Shown: piece after piece, positions 1 through 11,749 of the stretch | Position numbering within the stretch: position 1 is the stretch's first letter | Layout: every line of letters starts with the position of its first letter | Assembly: GCF_963921235.1 (NCBI RefSeq) | Contig: NC_086118.1 | Location: forward strand, 15,936,001 to 16,000,000 | DNA: 64,000 nucleotides | Direction: 5' to 3' | From: Mobula hypostoma | Taxonomy: Eukaryota | Translations under genes and position numbers: made by a program | The notes under the pieces: model-generated | Told to the model about the DNA's origin: nothing | Databases searched by the model: none | The model's input: the letters and a program-made list of their open reading frames with translations, nothing else

Positions 1-70
1 AATGTTGACTAATCATTTCCACGGATACTGCCTGACCTGCTGAGTTCCTCCAGCGTGTTGTGAGTGTTGC
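1..70 (+). mobile_element. Penelope-like element terminal fragment
   Basis: tgcctgacctgctgagttcctccagcgtgttgtgagtgttgc matches the terminus attached to the GIY-YIG-coding copies at 27666-28662 and 41370-42072. Confidence 0.7.
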
Positions 71-441
71 AGCTCCCCCACTGTTGCTCTCTCCAATGAA
101 TCAGTGAACCAAACTTGTAGTATTCTGTATTACCAAGGTTCAACAGCTCTTACGATCCAAAGAAAAATATTCAAGACTTCCAAGCATTCAAATCATTCGC
201 ACCACGCACTGTCTTGATAGAACACCAGTACACAACAAATCCAGGTGACAATACAACAATGGTATGCAGTAAGTCCAGCTCCATTGCCATCAAGGTACTT
301 ACTGATGGGATAGACCTGTGGTACTTGATGTTTCAATACCCAGCAGTGTCTTGTGATCATAAAAACAATGTAAAGGACAAACAATTACACCTTTGGTTTG
401 ACCCAGAATGGCCACTGCATCCGAGCACACCTCCATCTTAC

Positions 442-471
442 CAGAAGCAGGAATGTTTAACAGCAGGAATC
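442..471 (-). other. Candidate 30-nt exon (alternative donor would extend it to 303)
   Basis: Minus strand gttttacag|GATTCC...CTTCTG|gtaaga; second donor CA|gtaagt at 303/302; no recognisable protein. Confidence 0.25.
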
Positions 472-949
472 CTGTAAAACATCATCAGGGCTGAGACTGT
501 ACAGGAGGATACCTACCTTATAAGGCCCATGCTGACATGAGTAGATGTGTAAGGGTTCTAATCATGGAAGGCAAGGAGAGGAGTGTTGCTGATTGCAGCA
601 AGATACCTCTAAAGAATGGCACTTTGGATATACTGACCAAAAGAATATCCTGTGGTGAACACAGTATTGAGAATGCAAAAGGGTGGCAGGAAATTAGATA
701 GGGCGCATCCTAGTTCTAGCAAGCTGTTCAATATGTTTGCACTCTGATTCTTTCAAGGGGGACAGATGGGATTTGGAGTGAAGTAGGGAATGGTGTTTAC
801 TGGATGCCCAGTGCCTATACAAAACATTTCCTCCTTCTGGACAAGTAGGAGTGCTGTAACATTCTTAGGTCATGGACTCACCCTTTCTTGATAAACTTGA
901 GGCCTTAGAAACTTGACCATCTGTAGTTAAAATAGAATTAATGTTAACA

Positions 950-1420
950 TGATCACAGGGATGAAGAACTTTAGTTATGTGGACAGATTGGAGAGGCTGG
1001 ATTTATTCTGGTTGGAACAGGAAAGGTTGTGAGGGGAATTTGATAGGAGCATTTAATGTCATGCACTGACAGAATAGATAAAGAGAATCAACCTACGCTG
1101 GCAGAAGAATCAAAAACTAGGGAACAACAAATGAAAGGGACTGGTAAAGTACCCAAAACTATCAAAAGTATTTTTTTCCCAACTGGTTAGGACTTAGAAT
1201 GCATAGAACTTAGAACTTAAAACTTAGAACTTAGAACTTAGAACTTAGACTTAGATGTTGTTTTGAGGCAGATTCTATTGCGGCATTCAAATTGGTCTGG
1301 ATAAGTATTTGAAAGGAAGGAAATGGGGAGAGGGCAAGGAGGTGGGACTGTCTGGGTTACTCTTACAGAGATCTAAAATAGCAGACAGCGTCCTTCTGTA
1401 CTGTAACCATGCTGTGATTC
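950..1420 (+). mobile_element. Old CR1 LINE 3' fragment
   Basis: Degenerate ORF2 C-terminus (GMKNFSYVDRLERLDLF) followed by a CR1-like 3' UTR. Confidence 0.6.
1203..1255 (+). repeat. (TTAGAAC)n tandem repeat, about 7 units
   Basis: Directly visible tandem heptamer inside the CR1 remnant. Confidence 0.9.
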
Positions 1421-2399
1421 TGTTGCTGGGAATGACAGTGATGTAATGGTTCAAGATTTCAGGAGCATTGAGAAAATGGAAGTAAAATCATATTCCTGGG
1501 TTACTCTAAGATATGCATGCTGATACATATACTTTAACACAGCTTTCTGCACCTCTCTCCTTGGGTTTCTAAACTGATGTGGTGTAATTCATTGGAAGCA
1601 GGAAGAATAGACGCTATTTCTGAACTTAATCGTCCTTTTGCATGTGTTATAATAGTGGGTGATGCTGGGGTTACTTTTGGAAATACAGATAGCTTCAATC
1701 CTATTATCACCCAAAATCATCATGCTTGTCCATTGTACTGGTATATTGCAATTAAAAAAGATGGATAATTGACCATTGACATGGACACAGTTGGCCAAAG
1801 TGTCTAATTCTGTGCTACATGGTTCTATGACCTGCATTTATCAAAATGTCTTAGGACAAGATCATTTTAATGTTTGTTCCTGGACTTTGCCCAGGAGTTC
1901 TATGTAGAGCATTCACTTCAGGGTTCATTAGACATGTCTAATGGTGTGATTGTCTGAAGTGTGTTTTGAAGTTGTGGGGTATCAGCCAAAAATTGTAAGT
2001 AAAACTGATCCCAAGGGGACGGAAACAAAAGTGAAATAGAGTAATGGACCCTGTAACTGCTCTGCCAAATTGACTGTGATGGAGAAGTGAACACAGTAGG
2101 ATGTTTGCAAGGCTTTCTGAATTATATCGCTGCTCAGCAGACATTTCTGATGGAGCCAAACGGTCTAGATTGTTTTCTGTAAAAAAAAATAAACATCTGC
2201 ATTCAAAAAATACCTTGGAAATAAATTACTTGTCACGTTAATCTCTGACCTAATCCCAGAGGCCAAACCTGACATTTTCAATTCATCAAGATCATGCCTA
2301 ATTTCCTCAATCTTAACATATAAATATTTTATAGTAACAATGTTGCAAACACTAGCAGCTAAAGCAGGTAAAAATCTATTAAAATATAGACTAACTTAC

Positions 2400-2420
2400 C
2401 TTCCCCACTCATCAGCTGAC
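2400..2420 (-). other. Candidate 21-nt micro-exon
   Basis: Minus strand cctaatatttgcttccag|GTCAGCTGATGAGTGGGGAAG|gtaagtt; another strong acceptor (t-run acag) at 2177-2190. Confidence 0.35.
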
Positions 2421-3054
2421 CTGGAAGCAAATATTAGGAGGACTATGAAACAAAGAATGCAGCAAATATGAAAATGCTTTCCTTATTCCAGAAGACACAA
2501 TGAAAAAGAAAACTATATTTTTTGCAAGGTAACACTAAAGCTGTCACTCTAAGTAGCCTCATGTGACAGAAAATGTGTCCCAGTCAACTATATCCCTAAT
2601 ATAATGTCTTTAGTCTCTGGAGCCTATAAATTTTGCTTAACGTTTATGTGTCAAAGTGATTTGACAGGCTGTATCCCAATAAGATCCAGTAGATTAGAGA
2701 ACTGACATCATTTAATGTGGTCATATTCACATAGAATGAGTCTTGAGAATCTCTTTCCCTCAACAGTCTCAGCTCATTGCAGTGTTCAGGCTAGGGAACA
2801 CTTATTCCCTTACAATAATTTCAGTATTCTATGATTCCCCACTTTACCATGGCACAATGCTTCCTCATGAATCATTTCTTTTGTACTCCCAGCTGTCTGA
2901 TGTCTGCTTCCTATCGTGGCACACATACTGCCTCCCACAAATGAAATCAAACAGGGCAAGTTGATTGATTAGAGAACTGACTTGGGCTGGTTTGACCCAA
3001 TATGTAATATTGTTCAGAGCCAACCCATCGGGTGATTTAAATTTTATTTGCCCA

Positions 3055-3380
3055 TTTCAGGCAAATGCACAGACAGACAGGCTCCTCTCAGTCTCCAGCC
3101 AACCAACAGGAGTCACCCTACCATTTGTTTCCAACTCATCCCCTGCAGCCTATTTAAACCCAGCTCTCATCCACAGTCCTTGTTCACCCATTGAACAGCC
3201 AGCCTCAACCAGTTGCTTCAGTAATCTTAATACCTTGTTGTGCTGTTTTCTGTTTTCTCTTGTTTTGAGGCCCCTTGCGGTGTGGTTTACTATTTTGCAG
3301 TTGATAAGTAAAATATTGTTTACTGCTAAATTGTCTCACTGCTCTGCTTTTGAGTCAAGCCTCCTCTACAATTCGTCACA
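3055..3380 (+). repeat. 5' LTR of the Gypsy element
   Basis: Shares cctgcagcctatttaaacccagctctcatccacagtc.ttgttcacccattgaac with 10658-10981; ends in CA. Confidence 0.85.
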
Positions 3381-3725
3381 GGATGGGTGAATCAGCAGCA
3401 TTTGCTCACTTAAAAATGTTGTCCATTGACATGAGCACACGATCCTGAAGCAGCAGGAAACCAGTGACCATCTGCTCGTTTATCTCCAGTAACTCTCAGA
3501 ATCGAAGCAGCAACTCAACACGTTTCCCTTAGAGCCCTGGATTCTGATGCCCAAACTCGTTCATGGATCCCCATCCCGATGCCGCAACTTCTTTTCCCAG
3601 TGTATCTTACACTTTGAGTTCTAGCCATCTCTATCCTCGGACTGAGCCAGGATTACCTTCGTTGTCTCTCTCTTGACAGGGTGAGCTCTGACCTCTGGTC
3701 ACTGCTAACTGGGACAATAAAACCA

Positions 3726-6700
3726 TCATAAGACCATAAGATATATGAGAAGAAGTAGGCCACTTGGCCCATCGAGTCTGATCCACCATTCCATCATGGG
3801 CTGATCCAATTCTTCCAGTCATCCCCACTTCCCTGTCTTCTCCCCATACTCATTGATGCCCTGGCTAATCAGGAACCTACCTCTGCCTTACATACACCTA
3901 ATGAGTTAGCATCCACAGCCACTCATGGCAACAAATTCCACAGATTTACCACCCTCTGACTAAAGTAATTTCTCTGCCTCTCAGTTCTAAATGGATGTCC
4001 TTCAATCCTGAAGTCGTGCCCTCTTGGCCGAGACTCCTCTACCATGGGAAATAACTTTGCCATATCTAGTCTGTTCAGGCCTTTTAACATTTGGAATGTT
4101 TCTATGAGATCTCCCCTCATTCTCCTGAACTCCAGGGAATACAGCCCAAGAGCTGCCAGATGTTCCTCATACAGTAACCCTTTCATTCCTGGAATCATTC
4201 TCGTGAATCTTCTCTGAACCCCCTCCAATGTCAGTATATCCTTTCCAAAATAAGGAGGCCAAAACAGCACACAATACTCCAAGTGTGGTCTCATGCGTGC
4301 CTTATAGAGCATCAACATCACACCCCTGCTCTTATATTCTATACCTCTAGAAATGAATGCCAACATTGCATTCGCCTTCTTCATCACCAACTCAACCTGG
4401 AGGTTAACCTTTAGGGTATCCTGCACAAAGACTCCCAAAGCCCTTTGCATCTCTGCATTTTGAATTCTTTCCCCATCTAAATAATAGTCTGCCCATTTAC
4501 TTCTTCCACCAAAGTGCATGACCATACATTTTCCAACATTGTATTTCATTTGCCACTTCTTTGCCCATTCCCCTAAACTATCTAAGTCTATCTGCAGGCT
4601 CTCTGTTTCCTCAACACTACCCGCTCCTCCACCTATCTTTGTATCATCGGCAAATTTAGCCACAAATCTATTGATCCCATAGTCCAACTCATTGACATAC
4701 ATCGTAAAAAGCAGCGGTCCCAACAATGACCCCTGTGGAACTCCACTGGTAACCGGCAGCCAGACAGAATAGGATCCCTTTATTCCCACTCTCTTTTTCA
4801 ACTGATCAGCCAATGCTCCACCCACGCTCGTAACTTCCCTGTAATTCCATGGGCTCTTATCTTGCTAAGCAGCCTCATGTGCAGCACCTTATCAAAGGTC
4901 TTTGAAAATCCAAGTTCACCACATTTACTGCACCTCCTTTTTCTACTCTGCTTGTAATTTCCTCAAAAAATTGCAGAAGGTTAGTCAGGCAGGATTTTCT
5001 TTTCAGGAAACCATGTGGGCTTTGGCCTATCTTGTCATGTGCCTCCAGGTACTTCATAATCTCATCCCTAACAATCGATTCCAACAACTTCCCAACCACT
5101 GATGTCAGACTAACAGGTCTATAGTTTCATTTCCGCAGCCTCCCACCCTTCTTAAATAGTGAAGTAATACGTATTTGCAATTTTCCAGTCATCTGGTACA
5201 ATGCCAGAATCCATCGATTCTTGAAAGATTATTGTTAATGCCTCCGCAATCTCTCCAGCTACTTCCTTCAGAACCGGAAGGTGCACTCCATCAGATCCAG
5301 GAGATTTATCTATCATCAGACCATTAAGCTTCCTGAGCATCTTCTCAGCTGTAATTTTCACCACACTTGCTTCACTTCCCCGACATTCTTGAATGTCTGG
5401 TATACTGCAGGTGTCTTCCGCTGTGAAGACTGATGCAAAAAACACATTCAGTTCTTCTGCCATCTCTGTGTCTCTCATTACAATATCTCCAGTGTCATTT
5501 TCTACTGGTCCTATATCTACCCTCAACTCGTTTTTACCCTTTATATACTTAAAAAAGCTTCTAGTATCTTCTTTGATATTAGTCGCCAGCTTCCTTTCAT
5601 AATTCATCTTTTCCTTCCTAAAGACCTTCTTAGTTTCCTTCTGCAAGTTTTTAAAAGCTTCCCGATCCTCTATCTTCCACTAGCTTTGGCTTCCTTGTAT
5701 GCCCTCTCTTTTGCTTTTACATTGGCTCTGACTTCGCTTGTCAGCCACATTTCCTTTCGAAAATGTCTTCTTATTTGGAATATATCTGTTTTGCACTTCC
5801 CTCATTTTTCACAGAAACTCCAGCCATTGCTGCTCTGCTGTCCTTCCTGCAAATGTCCCTTTCCAGTCAACTTTGGCCAGTTCCCCTCTCATGCCATTGT
5901 AATTTCCTTCATTCCACTGGAATACTGACACACTGGAATTTAATTTCTCCCTCTCAAATTTCAAAATGAACTTGATCATATTGTGATCACTGTTCCCTAA
6001 GGGTTCCTTAACCTTAACCTCTCTTATCACCTCCGGATCATTGCACAACACCCAATCCAGCACAGCCGATCCCCTAGTGGGCTCAACAACAAGCTGTTCT
6101 AAAAAGTCGTCCCTTAGACATTCTACAAATTCTCTCTCTTGAGGTCCAGTACTAGCCTAGTTTTCCCAATCCACTTTCATGTTATGATCCCCAACGGTTA
6201 TCATGATATTGCCCTTCTGACATGCTTTTCTATCTCCTGCTGTAATTTGTAATCCACATCCTAGCTGCTGTTTGGAGGCCTGTATATACCTACCATTAAG
6301 GTCCTTTTACCCTTGCCATTTCTTAACTCAACCCATAGAGACTCTACACCTTACAACCCTATGTCATACCTTTCTAATGATTTAATATTATTTCTTATAC
6401 ACATGGCCACACCACCCCCTCTGCCTACTAACCTATCTTTCCGATACACCATGCATCCTTGGATGTTCAGCTCCCAATGCCAGCCATCCTTTAGCCAAGT
6501 TTCAGAGATGGCCACAATGTCATACTTGCCAATCTGTACCCGAAGTTCAAGATCGTCCATTTTATTTCTTATGCTGTGTGCATTCAAATGTAACTTTCAG
6601 TCCAGTATTTGTTGCTTTCTGTTGTAAATCATCTCACTGGCTGTGACTATCATTCCTATCATCTCTGTTGCATGCTATCTTTGATTTTTTTCTGTTGTCC

Positions 6701-7672
6701 CCTTCCTCAGCCCTATCACTCCGGTTCCCATCCCCCCGCCAAATTAGTTTAAACCCTCCCTAGCAGCTCTAGTAAACCTGCCTGCTAGGATACTGGACCC
6801 CTTTGGGTTCATGTGTAACCTGTCCATTTTGTTCAGGTCATACCTCCCCCAGAAAAGGCCCCAGTGATCCAAGAACCTGAAGCTCTGCCCCCTACACCAG
6901 TCTCTCAATCACGCATTAATATGCCTGATCATGCTATTCTTGCGCTTGTTAGCAAGTGGCACAGGCAGCCATCCTGAGATTACTACCCTGGAGGTCCCGC
7001 TTTTCAGCTTTCTACCCAACTCCCTGAATTCTCTCTTCAGGATCTCCTCCCTTTTTCTACCTATGTCATCAGTACCAATGTGTACCAAGACTTCTGGCTG
7101 TTCATCCTCTTCCTTCAGAATACCCTGCACCCGATTTGAGACATCCTGTACCCTGGCACCTGGGAGGCAACACACCATGCGGGTATCTCTATCAGACTGA
7201 CAGAACCTCCTGTCTGTTTCACTCATTGTGGAATCCCCTATGACTACCGCATTCCTCATCATCTTCTCTCCTTTCTGCACCACGGAACCAGGCTACTATC
7301 TGACCTCTTTCCTTCCCCTCCGTGACAGTCACCTACTTATCTAACTCCTGCAGCCTTGGGGTGACTAACTCCCTGTAGCTCCTCTCTATCCCCTGCTCAC
7401 TTTCCCTAATAAGCTGTAGATCATCAAACCGCAGCTCCAGATCCCTAACACGGTCTCTCAGGAGCTGCATCTCGGTGCACCTGGTGCCAATATGGCCATC
7501 TGGGAGACTGGAAAATTCCCAGGATTCCTACATCTGACACCCAGAGCAAAGTACGAACCCTACAGACATGCTCTCTATTTCTCCAGAAAAAAAATGCAAG
7601 GAAAAACTTAGTCCACCTACCTCGCCAAAGCCTTACCACTCTGACTCAGACCACTCCGTTGATGACCGCTCC
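3726..7672 (-). mobile_element. Near-full-length CR1 LINE (ORF1 SGNH esterase domain plus frameshifted ORF2), nested in Gypsy gag
   Basis: ORF1 6909-7283 (AVVIGDS..VCCLPGARV..VLVHIGTDDIG); endonuclease 6351-6587; RT (PQGSLLGP, KFADD) 3923-4825; tandem 3' tail cataagac at 3727. Confidence 0.95.
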
Positions 7673-10657
7673 GCTAGGCAGTAAATGTGAGGAATTCACC
7701 GCTGAGTTGTGCCAGGTTTTCGACCACCCAGGAAGTGGAAGCTGCGCAATAGATTGGATACTCTGCCTGCATTAAGGCTGCTTGGTGCTGCATTATTCTG
7801 TGGAATTCAGAACACATGTGATGAAGTGTGGCTGGAATGTGGAAGTACTGCTGGCCCATTACCATCATGGCCACCCGGAATCTGTGAAAATCCAGCTGCC
7901 TACCTGAGAGATGCCCACTAACCTCGAAACTCTTATCACTCTGGCCCTCTGAATTGACAAGTGTCTTATGGACTGACCCTCCAGATCATCAGTCAGAACA
8001 CCTCTTCCATTCCCTGAACTGTTTCAGGCTGCAGAATCCTTATCATAAATACCTCCAGAACCCATCCAGTCAGAGGGAGCTCCCTTAACCTCCCCAGAGC
8101 ATGAGTTTCGGTGGAGAAACAGCTTGTGTATTCACTGTGAAGCTACCAATCACACATCAAATGCCTACTGCGTCCAGGAAAGCATGGACCCTCAACCTGG
8201 TAAGTTCCCCCTACCCCCAGCCCCATAGCCCAGTCACTCCGTCTGTCCTCCTCCACAGCCCAATGGCTCTGCACAACAGCAACAATGCTGCAGGTAACTT
8301 TCCGGACTGGACTCCCTACCAAGCCAATCTCTCACCCTTTCCACATTATGGCCTTTTACGGATGTCCCTTGGGGTATAGAATGGTCAGAGCACGCTCACA
8401 GCCTGTGCACATGAGCATCAGAGAGCGCCGCGAGTCCATCCAATTCCTCCTTAACACTCCTCTCATCCTGGCTCTCCACTCACGGACCTCACTTTGCCTG
8501 GTCATCTTCTTCAAGACCACATCTATCACGACTGTTCAGTTCTTCAGTGGCTTTGCAAAATCCAACTGCACTGAAGGTTAGAAAAATGCCAGTTCCACAC
8601 CCCAGTCGATTCCTTCCTGAGTTATGTCGTTTCACCACAAGACGTAACCATGGATGCAAACAAAATGTGCACCACCAATGAAAAGCTCAGACCATGCTCC
8701 CTCAAACAGCTACAGAACGTTTGGGCTTCTCCAACTTCTACTGCCGTTTCAACAGGAAATACAGCCAAATTGCCACTCAACTCACTTCCCTCACCAAGTC
8801 ACCTATTTACAGATAACCTGGTCTGCTACGGCAGACCACGCTTTTGAGGAGCTCTAGAGATGCTTCACTACCATTCCCACCATGTACCATCCAAACCCCT
8901 GCAGAACTTTTCTGGTGGAGGCGGATACATCTGACGTAGGCGCCAGGGCCATCCTCTCCCAGTGGGATCCAGACAGGAAGACCCACCCTTATGCTTCTTC
9001 TCATGCAATTTCAACCCCACACAGTGCCATTATGAAATAGGAGACAGGGAGCTGCTCACCTTTAATTGGGTTTTGGTGCAATGAAGACATTGGCTGATGG
9101 GAAGCACCGAGCCCTTCCTCAACCCACGTCAAGTTGGCTTGACCCGCTTCTTCGAGCAATTCAACTTCACCATCTCTTAATGACCCAGTTCCAAGAGCAC
9201 TAAGGTGGTCACCCTGTCATGACAGTTGAACCCAGCTGAAATGAAGATCGACCCTCAGCCCACCATTCCATCTTCCAAGATCCTCATCTCGATCATTTGG
9301 GATCTTGAGAACCAGACCTGTCTGCATCATGAGTCTGCTCTGGCCAACAATCCCGACAACATGTACATGCCGGTGGCTGTGCGATCTGACACACTCCAGT
9401 GGGCCCACATCTCACCCCTCTTCAGCCATCCAGGCACACGATGGACTCTGGATTTTCTGCAAAGCAATTTCTGGTGGCCTACCAGGATTACAGTCAGTTT
9501 ATCGCTGCCTGCCCAGTTCCTCCAACCAGCAGACCTCTGGGCTCCTGTGGCCCTGCCAGTCTCATGACGCCTGAGGTCCCACATTGCCATGGATATCTTC
9601 ATGGATATGCCACCTTCCAGGGGCCATGGTGATCATGAGAGTGGTGGAGCAGTTCTCCAAGGCAGCCCTCTTCTTTGCCATCCTGCAAACTTCTGTCAGC
9701 CGCTGAGATAGCAGACCTGGTTCTCCAACATGTAGCTCACCCTCCACGGTTTCCCTCAAGATATTGTGTCTGATCGGAGCCCACAATTCACCTCCCGCAT
9801 CTGGTGAGCCTTCGCCCTTCTCCACACCTCAGTGAGTTTGTCCTCTGGCTATCATTCGCCGACTAACAGTCAGTCAAAAAGAGCCAGCCAGGTAGTGGAG
9901 AAGTTTCTGCAACACTTTGCCACCTCTAACCCTTCCATATGGAAGAAGTATCAGTTCTGGACTGAACTGTCCCACAATCTACACACCTCCTCTACCACAG
10001 GTATGTCGGCCATTGAAATGCTTCATGGCTACCACCCCGCATTGTTCTTCGCAGAGTGCCAATGGTGGAGGTCCTATCTACCAGGGCCCTGGTTCATTGC
10101 TGCTGGGATGCTTGGAAGAGGGCACGGAGTGCAATCCTAGCTGCAAAATGCCAACTGCCACCAGGCCAACTGTTGGCAGTGCCCAGCTAGACTAATCTGG
10201 CCTGGGGACCATGTCTGGATGTCCACCCAAGATCTGCCCCTGCACACCGACTCCAGCAAGATCTTGCCCCAGTTCTTTGTTCCCTCTGAAATTACCCATC
10301 AGATCAATCCAAACACTTACCATCTCCAGCTGCCACCGTTCCTCAGGATCACATCTGTCTTCCGTGTGTCCTGCCTCAAGACCTGTTTGTCCATGGACCA
10401 CTCAAGTGACCTGAGTCTGCACCTCCAGAACCCAAGATGGTGGAAGGTGGTCCGGTCTATATGGTTCACCAGTTGATGGATTTACATCTTGGTGGACAGG
10501 GTGTACAGTACCTAGTTGACTGGGAGGAGTACTGTGTGGTGTAGAGGTCTTGGGTGCTTTCCAGTTTCATCTTGGATCCATTGCTCGTCGTGGAGTCCAC
10601 CGGACCTATTTGGATCATCCTGGATGCCTAGAGGTGCCGGCCGTAGGAGGAGAGTCC

Positions 10658-10981
10658 TGTCAGTCCTGCATAGGCAGGTACCTCCTCGTCTCCACTAGGT
10701 TAACAGAAGTCACCAAATGAATGACTCATTTCCAATTCATCACCTGCAGCCTATTTAAACCCAGCTCTCATCCACAGTCATTGTTCACCCATTGAACCAG
10801 CCAGCATCAACCAGTTGCTTCTAGCCTTCATTTACCTCATTACCTTGTTGTGCTAAGTATCTGTCCTCTCTTGTTTTATAGCCCCTTATGCCTTGTTATT
10901 TTGCCGTTTATTAGTAAAATATTGCTTACTACAAAATCATCTTGCTGCTCCTGGGTCAAGGCTCCTCTACAACCCCTAACA
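10658..10981 (+). repeat. 3' LTR of the Gypsy element
   Basis: Starts TGT just after the polypurine tract, ends ACA, homologous to 3055-3380. Confidence 0.88.
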
Positions 10982-11214
10982 ATTAGTCTATGGCTTCCTG
11001 TAGTAAAAATACAAATTGCTGGAAATCTTCAGCTGTAATTGTACAAAAATATTTAGAAGTCTGACAGGTTTTTAGCCAGGAAAAGGGGGCAAAAGTAGAG
11101 AAGATCAGAGATAGAATGCAAGATCGGTGGGAAAAAAAAACAAGAAACAAAAGCTGTGTCTATGGGAAGTAGGAATGGCAAGAGCATTAATCATTAAATT
11201 TTGTGTCTGACAAA

Positions 11215-11480
11215 TTAAGAGTGATTATAGTCTGAATCCAAGAGGCTATAAAGTGCCTCGTCATATGGTGAGTTGCTGTCTTGGATATGCTATTTTGTTT
11301 TGTTTCCACTGCAGAAGCTAACAAGGACAAGAAAGGTCAGAATGAAAGTGTGCCAGGGAAATCACGTAACAAGTGGGAAACTCAGAGTTATGCCTTTGAA
11401 CCGATCAGAAGTATTTGGCAATCCAATTACTCTTCCTAATTTTGGTCTCCACCTTACAGGGTAAGGAAGGCAACATATTA
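11215..11480 (-). mobile_element. Very old Penelope-like remnant
   Basis: Weak resemblance to the GIY-YIG 3' region of the other PLE copies. Confidence 0.35.
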
Positions 11481-11749
11481 TATCGAGGTTTCTTCATGAT
11501 TATTTCATCCAGCACAAAATAATCATGAAATAGGCACTTTACATCCTACTGATGTCGTATGCATCAAACATGGGCAGTCAATTGTAGAAGAATATTTTAT
11601 TGTCTCTTACTAACCGTCACATTACTTAGGACTTTCACATCAGTGGCGGTTTTGAAATTATACCCAGTATATCTAGCCAAGTTATCATTTTTTTTATCAA
11701 AAGAAGCACTGCTCAAAACAGCAAATATTAGAAAGTCTTCTGTATTATG

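Larger units (their letters stand above)
3055..10981 (+). mobile_element. Ty3/Gypsy LTR retrotransposon, Sushi-like chromovirus, decayed and interrupted by CR1
   Basis: Paired LTRs; gag remnants (RCRNFFSQCILHF; EEFTAELCQVFDHP; YSVEFRT..CGWN), zinc-knuckle remnant (LCIHCEATNH), RT C-terminus (GFSNFYCRFNRKYS), RNase H (FLVEADTSDVGARAILSQ; YEIGDRELL), integrase remnants, chromodomain (QYLVDWEEY..RSW), polypurine tract at 10645-10654. Confidence 0.9.

Noticed and set aside
1203..1255. Telomere-like or CRISPR-like array
   Set aside because: The unit is TTAGAAC, not TTAGGG, and there are no spacers; it is a simple tandem expansion
3400..8160. Domesticated gag gene of the PEG10/RTL type
   Set aside because: Multiple stops and frameshifts plus a CR1 insertion, and the LTRs are still present
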